A DNA stretch of 64,000 bases from Babesia bigemina (lineage: Eukaryota): NCBI RefSeq assembly GCF_000981445.1, contig NC_027218.1, positions 3,038,001-3,102,000 on the forward strand. Reading direction: 5' to 3'. Of the stretch, positions 42,571-55,490 are shown piece after piece. The first letter of the stretch is position 1. The number at the start of each line of letters is the position of its first letter. The notes beneath the pieces were generated by a model that ran no database searches, had not been told where the DNA came from, and saw only the letters and a list, made by a program, of their open reading frames with translations. Position numbers and translations under genes: made by a program.

Positions 42571-44412
42571 CCTTTCTCCGCGTCGCCTATCTCATGGGTG
42601 TGACGGTCGGGATATAGAAAAACATCGGCTGCATTATCGTTGAGACAAGCTCATATCCACCGTTTGCGATGCACCTTTGGTGTAACGCGCCCCTACTGCC
42701 GTCATAGATCAAGCATGTTATAACGTGTTGCCATGACCTGCGACGTGATGAACGCAAATTGGACCTCTCCATAGCGCATACGAGTAATAACACTGTAGCA
42801 AACATCCGGTACATTGACATGCACAAGTATTTTGTGAAATATTTTATGCATGGACAGCCACCAACATACATTGTACTATGATAAAGAAGATGCATACACC
42901 ATTTTAGAAGGTTAGACACGCATACCCCCTGTTTTTAACAGGATTTCCAGCACAGCCGCATAGCGAAATTGATGATACATGCAACATTAGAGCAGGAAAT
43001 TATTGCGGGATAGAAAACACATTAGGCACGATGCAATAGGAGACCGGGAACGCAAAACCCACCTAATGCCGGACGAGCAGCCTTGAAACGCAATAGGCGT
43101 TACTTCGTTGTACCGTTTAATGAAATGGAAGGACTGTTAAACTCCAATACCCGGGCTAATTTTGGGAAGGGGTGTGTAGAGGTACATTACTTGTTGAAGC
43201 CCGGAGCGCCGAACAGCCAGCATGCTTATAAGAACTAAACCATGTATTGTATAACTTCAAACCTCCTTAAGACCTGAAGAGCCGACGATGCGCTGTCGTT
43301 TGTAGATCCAGAAGAAGAGAGTGAAGACAAAATGAAGAGACTCATACACGTCGATGTGTACGTCACAAACAGCACAGATGGCGTGTATAGGCTGTGCTGT
43401 TACAAAATTCGCTGAATGTGCGAAGGATAATCGATCAAACACGCGTAAAGGGACTCACTCAGTGGTACCACGCGAACGTCGATGACTGCGAGTTGTCATG
43501 TGTATGCGGATCGCAGAAAACCGCAAGGTCAAGATAAAATAACCGGATTGCGTATATGAATACGTGATTTAAAGTGGCGGAGTCAGGGGCGCGAGTCTTC
43601 GGCCCAGCACTACCAGGGGATCGAAGGTAGCAGTCGGCAGAAGGTTGTCTTATGGCGCCGAAAATGGGCTATCGTGAAATAAATATGTTTGAAGTGAGGA
43701 TGCGCGCAGATGTGTACCGATTACTCATCGGTCTCTGAACCAACGGGCTGTGCCACGACGCTTCCACGTGACAACCGAATTACGAAACCTCAAACATACT
43801 ACGTCCTAGTAACACACATAAACTAGAATTTGCTGTGCCCTGTGTAATCATTTCGATTACGAGGAAGCCCGTCAACCCCGTGATATCCAATACGTGAACA
43901 CACCAATGGCAGCGCAACCATATACTCATCATAAACAACGCTCCAAGCGCCCTCACGTATATTCTTACGACGAGATATACAACGCGCTAGGCCTGGAGCT
44001 GCTAGGTTTGCAGTCTCGAGGAATGACGTCGTTGTGAGCGCAACGTACAAGTTGCTCTTGTTAAAACGACGAGCTTTACCTTTCACACACAAACACCAGC
44101 ACGATAGTTGCAGCAGCGCGTATTACGTGAAGCCAATCCCTGCCAGATGTTGTGATGTCTAAGGAGAAGACAACATGGGGACAGTCGTGCGGGCAGCGCC
44201 GCGGCACAGCGGCAAGCGGGGCGGCGAAACAGTGGTTCTTTGATGCAAAACTCCATCGCACACATTCGGCAGGATATTTGTAAATGTGTTCTGCAGAGCG
44301 AAGGTTGCTGTAAGTACCTTCGGCTGTAGAAGGCTACGAGCGGTTTGAGACGTGCATCAGAAGGATCGCGCAGGATTCCACTCAAACCCGGGGGCCGTAG
44401 GCGCACAGTAGG

Positions 44413-46038
44413 ATGGGAAGTGTATCGGGAGATTCTATATTGCAGGAAGACATAGAGTTTTATGATTCCATACAACGTTACACAAACAACCAGGTAGACA
44501 TAACCTCGGAGGATTCCGGATTCTATCCGTATGATATACGAATCGTGAAGCGCCACGACATACGCAACATGGCATATATGGACACCGCCTCGACTGAGGT
44601 TTACGTATCGCAAAATGTCGTCAGAGGAGACCCGAACTCGGCAATAGACGCTGACAGGCTCATGACAGTGTCCCTGCCGTACGACGATGAGTGTGACACC
44701 GACTACGAGAACTCTGGAAGCGAGTCTACGCTCGCAAGCCAATATGCGCAGCAGGGTCAGGAGAACGATGATGAAAATCGGTCTACTGGCACGCAGCAGA
44801 AGGCATTTTCAATCAACATGGAGCTGGCAATTTACATGCTCGTATTCGTGATAACGAATTCCGCCCAACCTCTGCTGGTACGTTATTTCGCGCTTTAGTG
44901 TAAATGGCGTTTGTGTTGCCGTCTCTGGCTGTCAAAGGTCACAACATTGCCGCCCTTTGTGCCACCGGGACGCATGCTGCCCATGACAAATGATATTGAC
45001 GACGCAACGAATCACGAATGCGCAGATTTGCCTGCTGAGACAGAAAGGTGGAACTCCTAATGGAACCTACACATTCCTCATACCGACCTACATGGCCATG
45101 ATCTGCGTAGGCTACTACCCTACCACGAAAAGCATATGGTGAGTGGCACGGCGAGGCCATTGCGCTGCTGATAAAATTTAAATGCTGGACTCATGTTTGT
45201 TCAGGGAGGAGTCATGGTCTTACCCGTTAATGCTATCGGGACTGGATATCGTACACCAGGTTGTCGAAAAAGGTTTGTGCAGCCATGTACGCGAGCAATG
45301 ACCTGCAGCCGGGCTCGTGGCTTGTGGACCGTCAATCTACACTATCGCATCAAGTACCAATACCATGTTCCTGGCACTACTGTCCAGCGTGGTGCTCCGG
45401 AAAAGAATCTCTGGGATGACTTGGGCATCCATATCGCTAATCTCGGGGGCCATAGCAATCAGCGGGCTCACGCAGATCGAGGAAATCACCACCACACAAA
45501 TACTGGGGTTCTTATTGGTCGTCGCAGCAGCGCTGGTCAACGCGTTCAACTCCATCATTAGTGAAGACCTGCTACGGAAGAAAAAAATTGAGGGGCCGAA
45601 CTTGGTTTGCATGATGGGGATGATATCGCTGGCGATATTCTTCGTGTGGTCACTGATATTCACCATCCCGCAAAGGCACATGCTATTCAGCTCGAAAAAC
45701 GCGATAAACCCCTTCGACCTTTCGGTAAGCTTGAGGCACTCCAGCAATGACAATGTCCGCAGAGCGTCCTCAGCATACTGTTCGCGCTCTTCATCTCGAA
45801 CTTCTTCCGCTCGTCAGTCTACTATTATATAGTCAAGGAGGCCGGCTCGGTGTGCTGTGGTGTGCTCAAGGCCGTTCGCATCATCATCGTCGTCGCGGGT
45901 AGCCACGCTCTATTCTCGTACGCGGACAAGTCGCAAGCCATGACCACCGGGAAGTTCATATCGTCCTTGGTATGCTCCCTCGGGGTCATCATGTACTCAG
46001 TCGAGCACGCCAGCATCCAGAAACCGAAGGATGCTTGA
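44413..46038 (+). CDS. Drug/metabolite transporter (DMT/SLC35-like); exons 44413-44877, 45026-45138, 45205-45272, 45309-45724, 45763-46038
   Basis: GT-AG splicing gives a continuous multi-TM protein with SIYTIASSTNTMFLALLSSVVLRKRI, ILGFLLVVAAA and GVLKAVRIIIVV. Confidence 0.8.
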
Positions 46039-46361
46039 GAAAGAAGAACATCGTAAACTAGGCCACGTGTCAGTACCACCGCATTTAGCGCATTAACAGA
46101 GGCTAAAAGGGTAATATACGTGCCTATACAGCGTGGTCGCAGTAGTTTCGGCCTTTATTACGTACCTACATAGGCATGTAGCTATGTGTTTAGCTATTGA
46201 TTTGCGTGATGGTGGTTGCGGTAGACACGGCAACTGGGCAGCGCGCATCAGTGTTAATTGACGCGTCCACATGACCGCACTAGACAAGCACTCCAGCAGT
46301 TACAATACTGCTACGAACATCCACATTGGGTAGAAATTCGTAGTCACGGGTCAAATGTCCA

Positions 46362-47115
46362 ATGGATAACGTCAACCCCGTGCTCTACAAAAAGACAAAC
46401 GGCCCTTCGACTATCGAGTCGCAGGAACGGTTCATTTTAAGCAAAAAAGCAACGTCGTATTTCTACATCGACCACCATATGGCGCTGGACTCGGACGAAG
46501 AGGCGAAAGCCGAAGACAAGGCCGCCAACAGCCTGTTCCAGCCTACGACCGGATTCGAGCCCTTCGAAGTCCAGGTAAGCTGGCACACCAAGTCATGGCA
46601 AACCTCTCGCAGGAAATATTCGACATCATCCGCGATATCAAGGACCCTGAGTACTCGTACACACTGGAGAATCTAAAGGTGCTGGAGGAGCATAACATAC
46701 ACATCGACAACGACAATAGCATCGTCACCGTTCACTTCACCCCTACGGTACCACATTGCTCCCAGGTACGAATAACGCGCGTCACTGTAACAGCCTCCGT
46801 AGGCTACTGTCATAGGACTCATGATCTACGTGAAGCTGCGACAGAGCCTCCCTCCTCGCTTCAAAATTGACGTGCAAATCGCAGAAGGTTGGTAAAATCA
46901 CGAATTTGATCGTAACTGGGTGTGTCAGGATCGCATAACAACGAGAAGGCGATAAACAAACAGCTCCTAGACAAGGAGCGCGTCGCGGCAGCCCTGGAGA
47001 ATCCCGTGCTGCTGGAGTTGATAAACGATGGTGAGTAATGCTTAATACAGTCAGCTGACATTTGGCAGGGATTTACTACAACAGCTTATCGCAAAACGGC
47101 CTCATTAACATCTGA
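46362..47115 (+). CDS. CIA2: Cytosolic Fe-S assembly component CIA2/MIP18 (FAM96) family; exons 46362-46574, 46613-46765, 46803-46887, 46929-47030, 47069-47115
   Basis: [34 protein letters not shown] and [18 protein letters not shown] after splicing four short introns. Confidence 0.92.
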
Positions 47116-47344
47116 GCGCTATCCACAGGACGGGTCGCGAGGATACACCAACATCGCAGCACATGTTACTATAACTGTGCACACTAACTGCGGAAACTAC
47201 TAACATAAAAATGCCAGTTTTACAACAACCTATAGGTCTAGGAAGGCGCTTATTCTGCTTTGTAGCACAGTAGACAGCAGATGTGTATGCTGCTGCCGTT
47301 CAGACAATGCAACCTTCCAAGTTGATAAGACAGCAGCATGGTGA

Positions 47345-49325
47345 ATGATGCGTTGTAAAGCACTAAAAGCATGCCTACAAACGCTGCTTGTAGGAGTGTG
47401 GCTGCCGTGGGCATTGAGCGGACCTTGCCACGCACTTTGCGTCCGCATCCAAGCTAATAATGTAGTCATTGCTGCGCCCAGCTGCAAATTGCCCTTCCCT
47501 GGGAAGGCACATCAGACCGCAGCAGGTGAATGGAATGGGTATGTACCTCCTAGGGTGCCCAGGAGGTTGTTAAAGCAAGGTGCTCATCGCTGTGCATTCG
47601 TGACAAATGCAGGCGCGAGTTGCAACCATGAGTCAGCTAGCACTAGCTATGTTGCCAATGCAACGTGTAGTGCAAATAGCGGCGCTGTTTACAAGGGATA
47701 TTCACGGCGCACGATCCATTGCTTCTCAACTGCAGACCGGGATGAGGCAGAGCCAACCCCGCCTATGGGCTATGAAAACCCAATGAATGGAGATTATGTG
47801 CCCGGACTCGGTTCTTACCTGGATAATGGTGCATCTGCGTTAACTGGTGGAATGATTGGGCCATATGCAGGTCTTAAGGATGCCAACAAACCGAAAGACA
47901 AAGGTACCGTCCAATACAAACTCATCAAATAGCCGATGCAGAACCCGAACCCGCAAGTGGAGAGGTGACAGAAGACGCTCAACCTGGGGAAATCACGGAC
48001 GAAGATGTCATGAAAATGAAAATCGCATTATCGCAGGCAACCACGCTGGGCATAGACTTCGTCAAGTGCATCGAAACTCTACAAACGTCCCCATATTGCA
48101 GTAAGTAGCGCGAAATTAGCACTGTAACATGTTCGCAGCCGTATCTCCTACGACAATCGCATACAATTCGGCGTTATCGGCCGCAGAGCGGAACTCCAAC
48201 GCGGAGCTCACGTTGGCGATTCTTGAGGACATGCGCAAGAAGCAAAACGTCATCGACGCAGTCAGCTACAAACTGGCTATTTGCACGTGCGCCAAGTGCG
48301 GATATACGGACGACGCACTGCAACTGTACGACGAGATGATCCGAAACAAACACGCTGCGGACCACGGGGTCATGCGCGCCATCATGGCGCAGCTGGCCAA
48401 AGAGGGAAGGGGTATGGAGTGCAGTAGAATGTTCCAGGACATGAAAAAACTGGATGCAGTCACTAAAGGCGACGAAACGTTCGTGCAACCCGCAGACTAC
48501 CTCAAAGTGATCGAGGCATGCTCCAAGGCGCAACTGTACGGAGAGGCGTTTGAAGCGTACAAGGAAATGAAGCAGCTTAAAAGCTACTCACCAACACCAG
48601 CAGTGGTCAACGAGATGCTATCGCTGTGCTACATGACGGGGAACTGGCGAGAAGCAATGGAACTTTACGCAGGACTGGTGAAGGAAAACAAAACACCGAC
48701 GCTGCATCAGTTCAAGCTGTTGTTGAGCACACTGCTCATGTCGCGGAAATTCACAGAAATGGAGTCGGTATACAGCCAGATGCAACAGGAACCCATACAA
48801 ATGGATGCAATGTCCTACCAACTGCTGCTGGACGCTTACGCGAAGACGGGGCAATTCAAAAAGGCGCTCAAGATTATAGAGGATATGGAACGTCAACGAC
48901 GACTCCAAGGGCAATATGAGCCTTTCATATCCGCCGTTGAAGCGTGTAGGCAATCTGGTGAGTGGAAGCTTGCACTGCAGTTGTTGAGGAAAGCGCATGA
49001 GCATAATACGCACAAATCCATAGACATGTACAACGCAGTGCTTGCAGTATTCTCCGTCGCAGAGGAGTGGGATTCAATCATATCGCTGCACCGCGAAATC
49101 GACAACGCGTGCAAAGAATCGACGGGAACGGCCAACAGCGTTGCTATGAACGGAGATACCGTAGCATACGCCGCCATGGCTTATTTCTACACAGGGGACA
49201 GGACACAGGCAAACACACTGCTGCAGTTGCCTGTTACTGACACACCATTGCTCGTAAAAATCAGGAGCAGCATCCAAGCCGAGCTTCTGTCTGAAGCGCC
49301 GGGGCGAGGGGAAGGACGAGTGTAG
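47345..49325 (+). CDS. Pentatricopeptide-repeat protein, probably apicoplast-targeted; exons 47345-47903, 47942-48100, 48139-49325
   Basis: About 35-aa helical repeats (YNSALSA, YKLAICTCAKCG, YQLLLDAYAKTG, MYNAVL). Signal peptide plus basic transit-like leader. Two 38-nt introns restore the frame. Confidence 0.85.
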
Positions 49326-49464
49326 CCATTGGCACGGTGAACTAAACGGTTATAACATGATATTATTAACCATAAAATGTAGCACAAATTAGACATGTTA
49401 TTAATCGCAATGTTTGCAGAATAAACCCGTTGTCTACGGAATCACGTCCCTACGGTAACCTCCG

Positions 49465-52400
49465 ATGGGAGCCGCGTTGACCAAGGGGACGCTGCTTCTC
49501 CTCGTAGGAGTTGGAATGAAGCATCGAGGGCAACACATCACCGCGGAAGCTTTCAGGAATGACGCCACAAGCTCAAGCTGCCGCAGATTCGGCAGCCTTC
49601 TACCCAGCTCTAACATACGGCGACGATGCTACAGCACCGGGGATTCGAGCGGCCAAGCGAGGTCCCCAGACAAACGCGCTCTGCTAAACTTCAACAACTT
49701 TAGCGACAATGCGGTTAAAGTGCTGATGTTGTCGCAGGAGGAGGCACGCAGAGCCTCCACGACCCAAATCGCAGCTAGACACATATTCCAGGGATTGGTG
49801 TGTCTAGATTCCGGACTCGCTGCCCACGTACTGAGGGAATTCGGAGTTACCGTTAACACCATCAGAGCAGCAGCTGACAATATCTTCCGGGTTGATACAA
49901 GTAGGTAAATCGTAATTGGCACTCATGCATTGTAGGCAACTCCAACGAGGCGTTGGATACAAAGCTGATGACATTCTCGGATGAAGCCAAGGAAGCTTTG
50001 GAGCTCTCATCTGTAGAAGCGGAGCTACTGGGCCACAGTGCCATAGAAACCGAGCACATACTCCTCGGCCTCCTCCGTTGCAGAAGCGAAGAGGTGGCAC
50101 GGCTGCTCAACACGCTGTCGCTGAATCCCGACGAAGTGCGAAAACTCACGCTGAAGTACATCACAGAACATAAGGAAAAACCTGAAGAGGTGCAGCAGAG
50201 TGATACGTGGAAACAAGCACTCAGCCAGTACTCCTACATGCCAGCCCAGGGGCGGTCTGTCGACGTCATGAAAGAAACCTACACCTCGCCTCTTGCTACA
50301 TTCACCGTAGACATCACTGCGAAGGCGGAGCTCGGGAAACTGCCAAAGGTGTTGTGTCGTGATGCGGAAATCGATCGGGCCATAAGAACCCTCTGCAGAA
50401 AACACAAACGAAACCCTATCTTAATCGGTGAGCCGGGTGTGGGTAAAACCGCGGTCATAGAGGTAAGCGTTGTTGTACAACACTCATAAAATCAAAGGGA
50501 CTCGCAATGCAATTGCTCAAAGGAGGCGCAACCCCAAGTCTTCGGCACAAGAGATTAAGGCAGCTCGACTTGGGGCTACTGGTTGCAGGAGCCAGGTTCA
50601 GGGGCCAGTTTGAAGAACGCCTGACCAAGCTGATTGAGGAGGTCAAGACCATGAAAGACGTTATACTTGTCATCGATGAAGCGCATATGCTCGTGGGGGC
50701 AGGCGCGGGCGAGGGTGCACTCGACGCCGCAAATCTGTTCAAGCCGTCCCTTGCTCGAGGCGAAATTCAATGCGTGGCGATCACGACGCCGAAGGAGTAC
50801 CGGAAATATTTCGAAAAGGTAACGTGAAAACCAACTTTGAATTGCATAGCGCTGCAGGATGCCGCACTGTCACGCCGGTTTCAGCCCATCTACGTAAACG
50901 AGCCCACCGATGAGGACACGAAAACCATCCTCAACGCAACCACAGAAGAATATGGAAAGTATCACAAGGTGTCGTACAACCCTGAAGCAGTGGCAGCGGC
51001 TCTAAAGTTTTCGAAACAATTCATACAAGACAGGTTCCTGCCAGACAAGGCCATCGACATTCTTGATGAAGCAGGCGCCTTGGCCAAAATAAGGTTCCAT
51101 GCGCGAACAAAGTCACATCAGGAGGATGCCGGAAATTCGGCGACTACACAGGACGCGAACAACGAACGAAGTCAAACGGAAACTGCTGCAAACACAACGC
51201 AATCGGATAGTCAATGCTCGATAGACGCAGGTGGCATGCGCGGAGCTGAGAGTAACGGGTCTACAACGCAGGAAACAAACGCGTTATCGGGAATCAGTTA
51301 CGGTTTCGCAGTGAAGGGGGATGTGGATCTCCAACAAACTGGCAGTGCAGGAAATGAAGGGGGAATGTGCGCGACTATTTCAGACTCAGACGGCGCAAGC
51401 GGCAGTTCTAGCAGTGCAGACTCGTACTACACTGAAGATTCGGAATTGGAAAGTGACATGGCAGAACAGTCACCTGCAGCACCTGTCTGCGAAGTGAACA
51501 CCGAGCATGTGGCGGAGGTGGTGTCAACGTGGACCGGGATACCCTTACAAAGACTCAGCGAGGACGAAATAGAGGGGCTGCGGAATATGGAAAGTGAACT
51601 CCATAAGAGAATCATTGGACATGAGGAAGCTGTGAAGCATATTTGCAAGGCTATTCGTCGCGCGAAAACGAACATTAAGAATCCAGAACGGCCGATCGGC
51701 AGCTTCTTGTTCTGCGGCCCGCCCGGGGTCGGCAAGTCAGAAATCGCCAAGGCACTGACCAACCTGTTGTTCGCCAGCGAAAAGAACATCATAAAGCTAG
51801 ACATGTCCGAGTACAATGAACCGCACAGCATAAGCCGGATTCTCGGGAGCCCGCCAGGATACAAGGGACACGATTCTGGAGGTCAACTCACTGAGAAGCT
51901 GCGTAAAAATCCGTATTCCGTTGTTATGTTCGACGAAATAGAAAAGGCGCACCCCAACGTCATCAATATTTTGTTGCAGGTTTTGGAGGACGGGAAACTA
52001 ACGGATTCCAAGAACCAGACGGTGTCGTTCAAGAATGCGGTCATTATCATGACCAGCAACACGGGCTCGAACGTCATTGAAAGGGCATCACGCGGATCGC
52101 ACACATTCGGGTTCAATATTCAAGACAAACCGGCTGATGAGAGCAAGAACTACTCGGAAATAAAGTCGCTGGTCTGCGAAGAGCTGAAATCGCAATTCAA
52201 ACCCGAGCTCGTTGACAGAATCGACGACATCATCATATTCAGACCGCTCACAGACCAACAACTACGGCAAATATCGAAGCTGATGATTGAAGAGACCCTG
52301 AAAAGGGCGCGTGACGCTGGTATGGACATCGTTGTGGACGATTCGTTCGTGGACTTCGTTTTGAAATTGCCACGCGACGAGAAGGGCGGCGCGCGGCCGA

Positions 52401-52651
52401 TCAGACGACTCATAACAAGCAACCTGGAGGACAAACTAGCCGAGTTTGTCATAAACAAGGACTACGAGCCTGGTAAGCGGTACCGGGTGGCGGTAGACGA
52501 CCAGAAGCACATCGTCATAAGGGCCGATAACGATACCGGCAAAGTATACCAAAAGGAACCGCCGCAGCCTGTATCGCCTATTGTAATAACCGAGGATAAC
52601 GTGGAAAACCCGTTGTGCGTACTACACACTCTTAACGAAGTAGAAGTATAA
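49465..52651 (+). CDS. clpC: ClpC-type Hsp100 AAA+ ATPase, likely organelle (apicoplast)-targeted; exons 49465-49900, 49936-50462, 50498-50818, 50858-52651; start uncertain
   Basis: Clp N-domain repeats (EHILLGLL), NBD1 [16 protein letters not shown]2 [23 protein letters not shown] and GARPIRR. An FGF tripeptide lies at the ClpP-docking loop position. Confidence 0.88.
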
Positions 52652-52769
52652 CTAACCTGGCCTTACACACCACTCGTATGATTCCCCATGGAACTCAACG
52701 ATACCTTGCGAATCAGCGTTCTTTTGAGGATGCGAAAACAAATTTTTTATACTGACACCTGTTTCCAAG

Positions 52770-53453
52770 ATGTCTACCGGGGGGAGTGACTTGGGTGAGC
52801 TTATTATGGTCGTCGGCGACCTACACGTCCCGCAACGAGCACTGGACCTGCCGCAATGTTTTCGCGAGCTGCTGAACACGGACAAGATTAAACAGGTGCT
52901 GTGCACTGGAAATGTCGGTTCCCAGAAAATGGTGGACCTTCTCCTGGGAATATCCCCGAACTTACACATGGTCAAGGGTGACTTCGACGATGACCCGAAG
53001 CTACCAGAGGAATTAATCGTCAATATTGGTATGTTTGACCATTATGTATCTTATAGATCATCAGGTAACTTCAAGATTGGACTCATCAACGGATACCAGC
53101 TGCCTTCCTGGGGGGACAAAGAGGCTGTCTACGAATACGCAAAGCGCATGGGCGTGGACGTGCTTGTCTATGGTCACACCCACATAAGCGATGTATCGAA
53201 GGTGTCGGGTAAAATACTGGTGAACCCTGGATCGGCAACTGGTGCTTTTCAGCCATGGGCGCCAAACTCGATTCCGACGTTCATGCTTATGGCCATTCAG
53301 GGCCAGAAAATTGTCGTGTACGTGTACGAGGAGCACGAAGGTCAAGCCAATGTAGTTATGAGCGAAGTTGATCAAGATCAGGACGACGTTACTCCGTCCA
53401 ACGCGCAGCTGTCTGCTAAGGCGCTCTTGAGCAGCAAAAAAGTAGCACATTAA
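52770..53453 (+). CDS. VPS29: Retromer subunit VPS29; probable intron 53029-53064
   Basis: VVGDLHVPQR, VLCTGN, VKGDFD, GHTH, VNPGSATGA and PTFMLMAIQG. Confidence 0.95.
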   Translation: MSTGGSDLGELIMVVGDLHVPQRALDLPQCFRELLNTDKIKQVLCTGNVGSQKMVDLLLGISPNLHMVKGDFDDDPKLPEELIVNIGMFDHYVSYRSSGNFKIGLINGYQLPSWGDKEAVYEYAKRMGVDVLVYGHTHISDVSKVSGKILVNPGSATGAFQPWAPNSIPTFMLMAIQGQKIVVYVYEEHEGQANVVMSEVDQDQDDVTPSNAQLSAKALLSSKKVAH

Positions 53454-55490
53454 GAAAGATTGAAACCAAGCGTAATGTATTTTGAGACGCAGGTGTTTTG
53501 TTCATATCCCCACCGAATAATGAACATACTGTGGCCGTATGTTAACGTTTTGCAGTCAAATTTGCTGTGAAGTGTAACGTGAGATGCTCATGCACGGGGT
53601 CGCATCGAGTGGAAGCGGAAACAACCCCCTAACTTTCTCAGTTTTATCATTATATGATGTTTACATACAAGTTGTTTCAATATAATATTGCTTTTAACAT
53701 GTAAGTGCAAATTAAGAGGAATAGTTTCGCATACCTTCCCTGACGTCTAGGACTCCGCATTGAGCTGAGGGGTGCTAAATATGTTTCACTAAAGTCCCGC
53801 ATTGACCCCATTACCAACTACTTCATCAATTTACCAAAGCTCAATATACCACTACGAAGCTGTAGCTTGTTAGTTATCATCCATCCCATAAAGCTGTAAG
53901 CAATGTCGCTAGGTCCGGCAAACCAATAAACCTGTACTTTGCAATTGTTAAGTTGAATCGCTGTAGTATTACGTAACTTGTGATGGCTTTCGTTGTGAAT
54001 CTAACGATTGCAAGAAGAATTTTTGTGTGGTTCCTCAAATTTGTTTCACGTGGCCAGGCACCTACAAGGTAGTTGCTCGACAATATTGATGGAGTTCACA
54101 AAACACGCTAATACATATTTTATATTGATGTTAGTTACGTTCAAAAGGCATTGAACGTTATATAGATTATGATGTCATACACAAATGGCATTATTACAAC
54201 TCCTCATTATACTACATAGAATTGCAGAGGAAACACATCATGACAAAAAATTAACAGTCACCGTGTATAAAGCGATCATCATTACTTATACGGATTATCA
54301 AGAGCTGTGACATGCAAAGGCTGTAGACATTCCAATTGCCGTAATGAACAATGAGATTAGGTTAGTTTTAGGTTTTACGGTGTTAGACGGGTGACTACGT
54401 TCTTCGTAAAGTGCTTTCTGCACCTCTTCATAGCTTGTTATATACATCCTATTGATTTAGGTAGAGGATTCCACGTCGTATAGGTGCAGACAGTGTTCGG
54501 TGGTGTCCTTCCTGTATGGGCAGGAGTGTAGTTGAACGAGTAATGACGTCCTTCGGACTTGATGAACTTATTAGGTAGTAAATTGCTGCGATACTGGTCT
54601 CATAGGTGAATGGTAGCGCCTTATATTCCTCGGTTAGGTTGCGCTGCTTCCGTTTATTCAATATTTCAGTCTCCACTATGTTCTCTTGGTTGGAGATCAG
54701 GATATCGAGACGATTCTTGCGTTCTTCTAACGATCTTACATAAGTCAGAATGGCAGATTAGCTTGAGTGGTCCTCTCAGTCCGGAGTTCCTACCCAATTG
54801 ATCGTTATAATGGTACTCCGCCTAATACCCACTATTCTTAATTCACACAATTGGTTCTCATCTGAGCCCACCTTCAGTCATATTCAGGTTAGATTTGGCA
54901 TACGACATATTAATATCGCCTTCTCATCGATCACTCATCGAAGGTTCAACTACTTGTGGAGGCTCCAGCGGAAAGGCGATTTCTGTTACCACTTTCTATG
55001 GTTAGTTAAACATGTCTCATTCACAACTTTCATCGACTCTATTCCCTATCACGTCTCAGGAAGATTTTGGTCCCACTATTACTGGTCGATGGAGGTAATG
55101 GGGTGGAGCAGTAATTGCAAAGGATTGATAGAATGTTTTATGCGAATATTAACTCACAGATTGCATCACCTCTGGCTGCTTCTCAAGGAAGTTGAACATC
55201 GGAGAGCAGCTTGGAGGTCTGACGTCACCTCCTGCGTGGATTAGAATTTCGAGCTGTCTGGGTATTGGCGATTGGGATTAGGTGAGAGAGGCAGGTGCTA
55301 GTTTTGTCGTGATATTCAAATACGCCACCAATAACGTCGATGCTTGAGTAATGTAGTTTAGAACAGTGGGAGAAGTGTTTATCAGCCGTCCAGGGCACAA
55401 CTCATGTTTGCAGGAGTCAAGTATCTGCAACCTCTAATTGTTGGTGGGTATATTGAAGTTGCGCAGACATTAAACTTTCGCTGCTGGAGG

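Noticed and set aside
27646..42643. Numerous 60-170 aa ORFs antisense to or out of frame with SET1
   Set aside because: Shadow ORFs of a long GC-balanced CDS; no motifs.
43242..43420. In-frame TGA between two coding-like stretches considered as selenocysteine/readthrough
   Set aside because: No redox motif around the TGA and no SECIS recognised; an intron or chance explains it.
54355..54392. Telomere-like ttaggttagttttaggtttt tract
   Set aside because: Too short and degenerate; no tandem GGGTTTA-type units.
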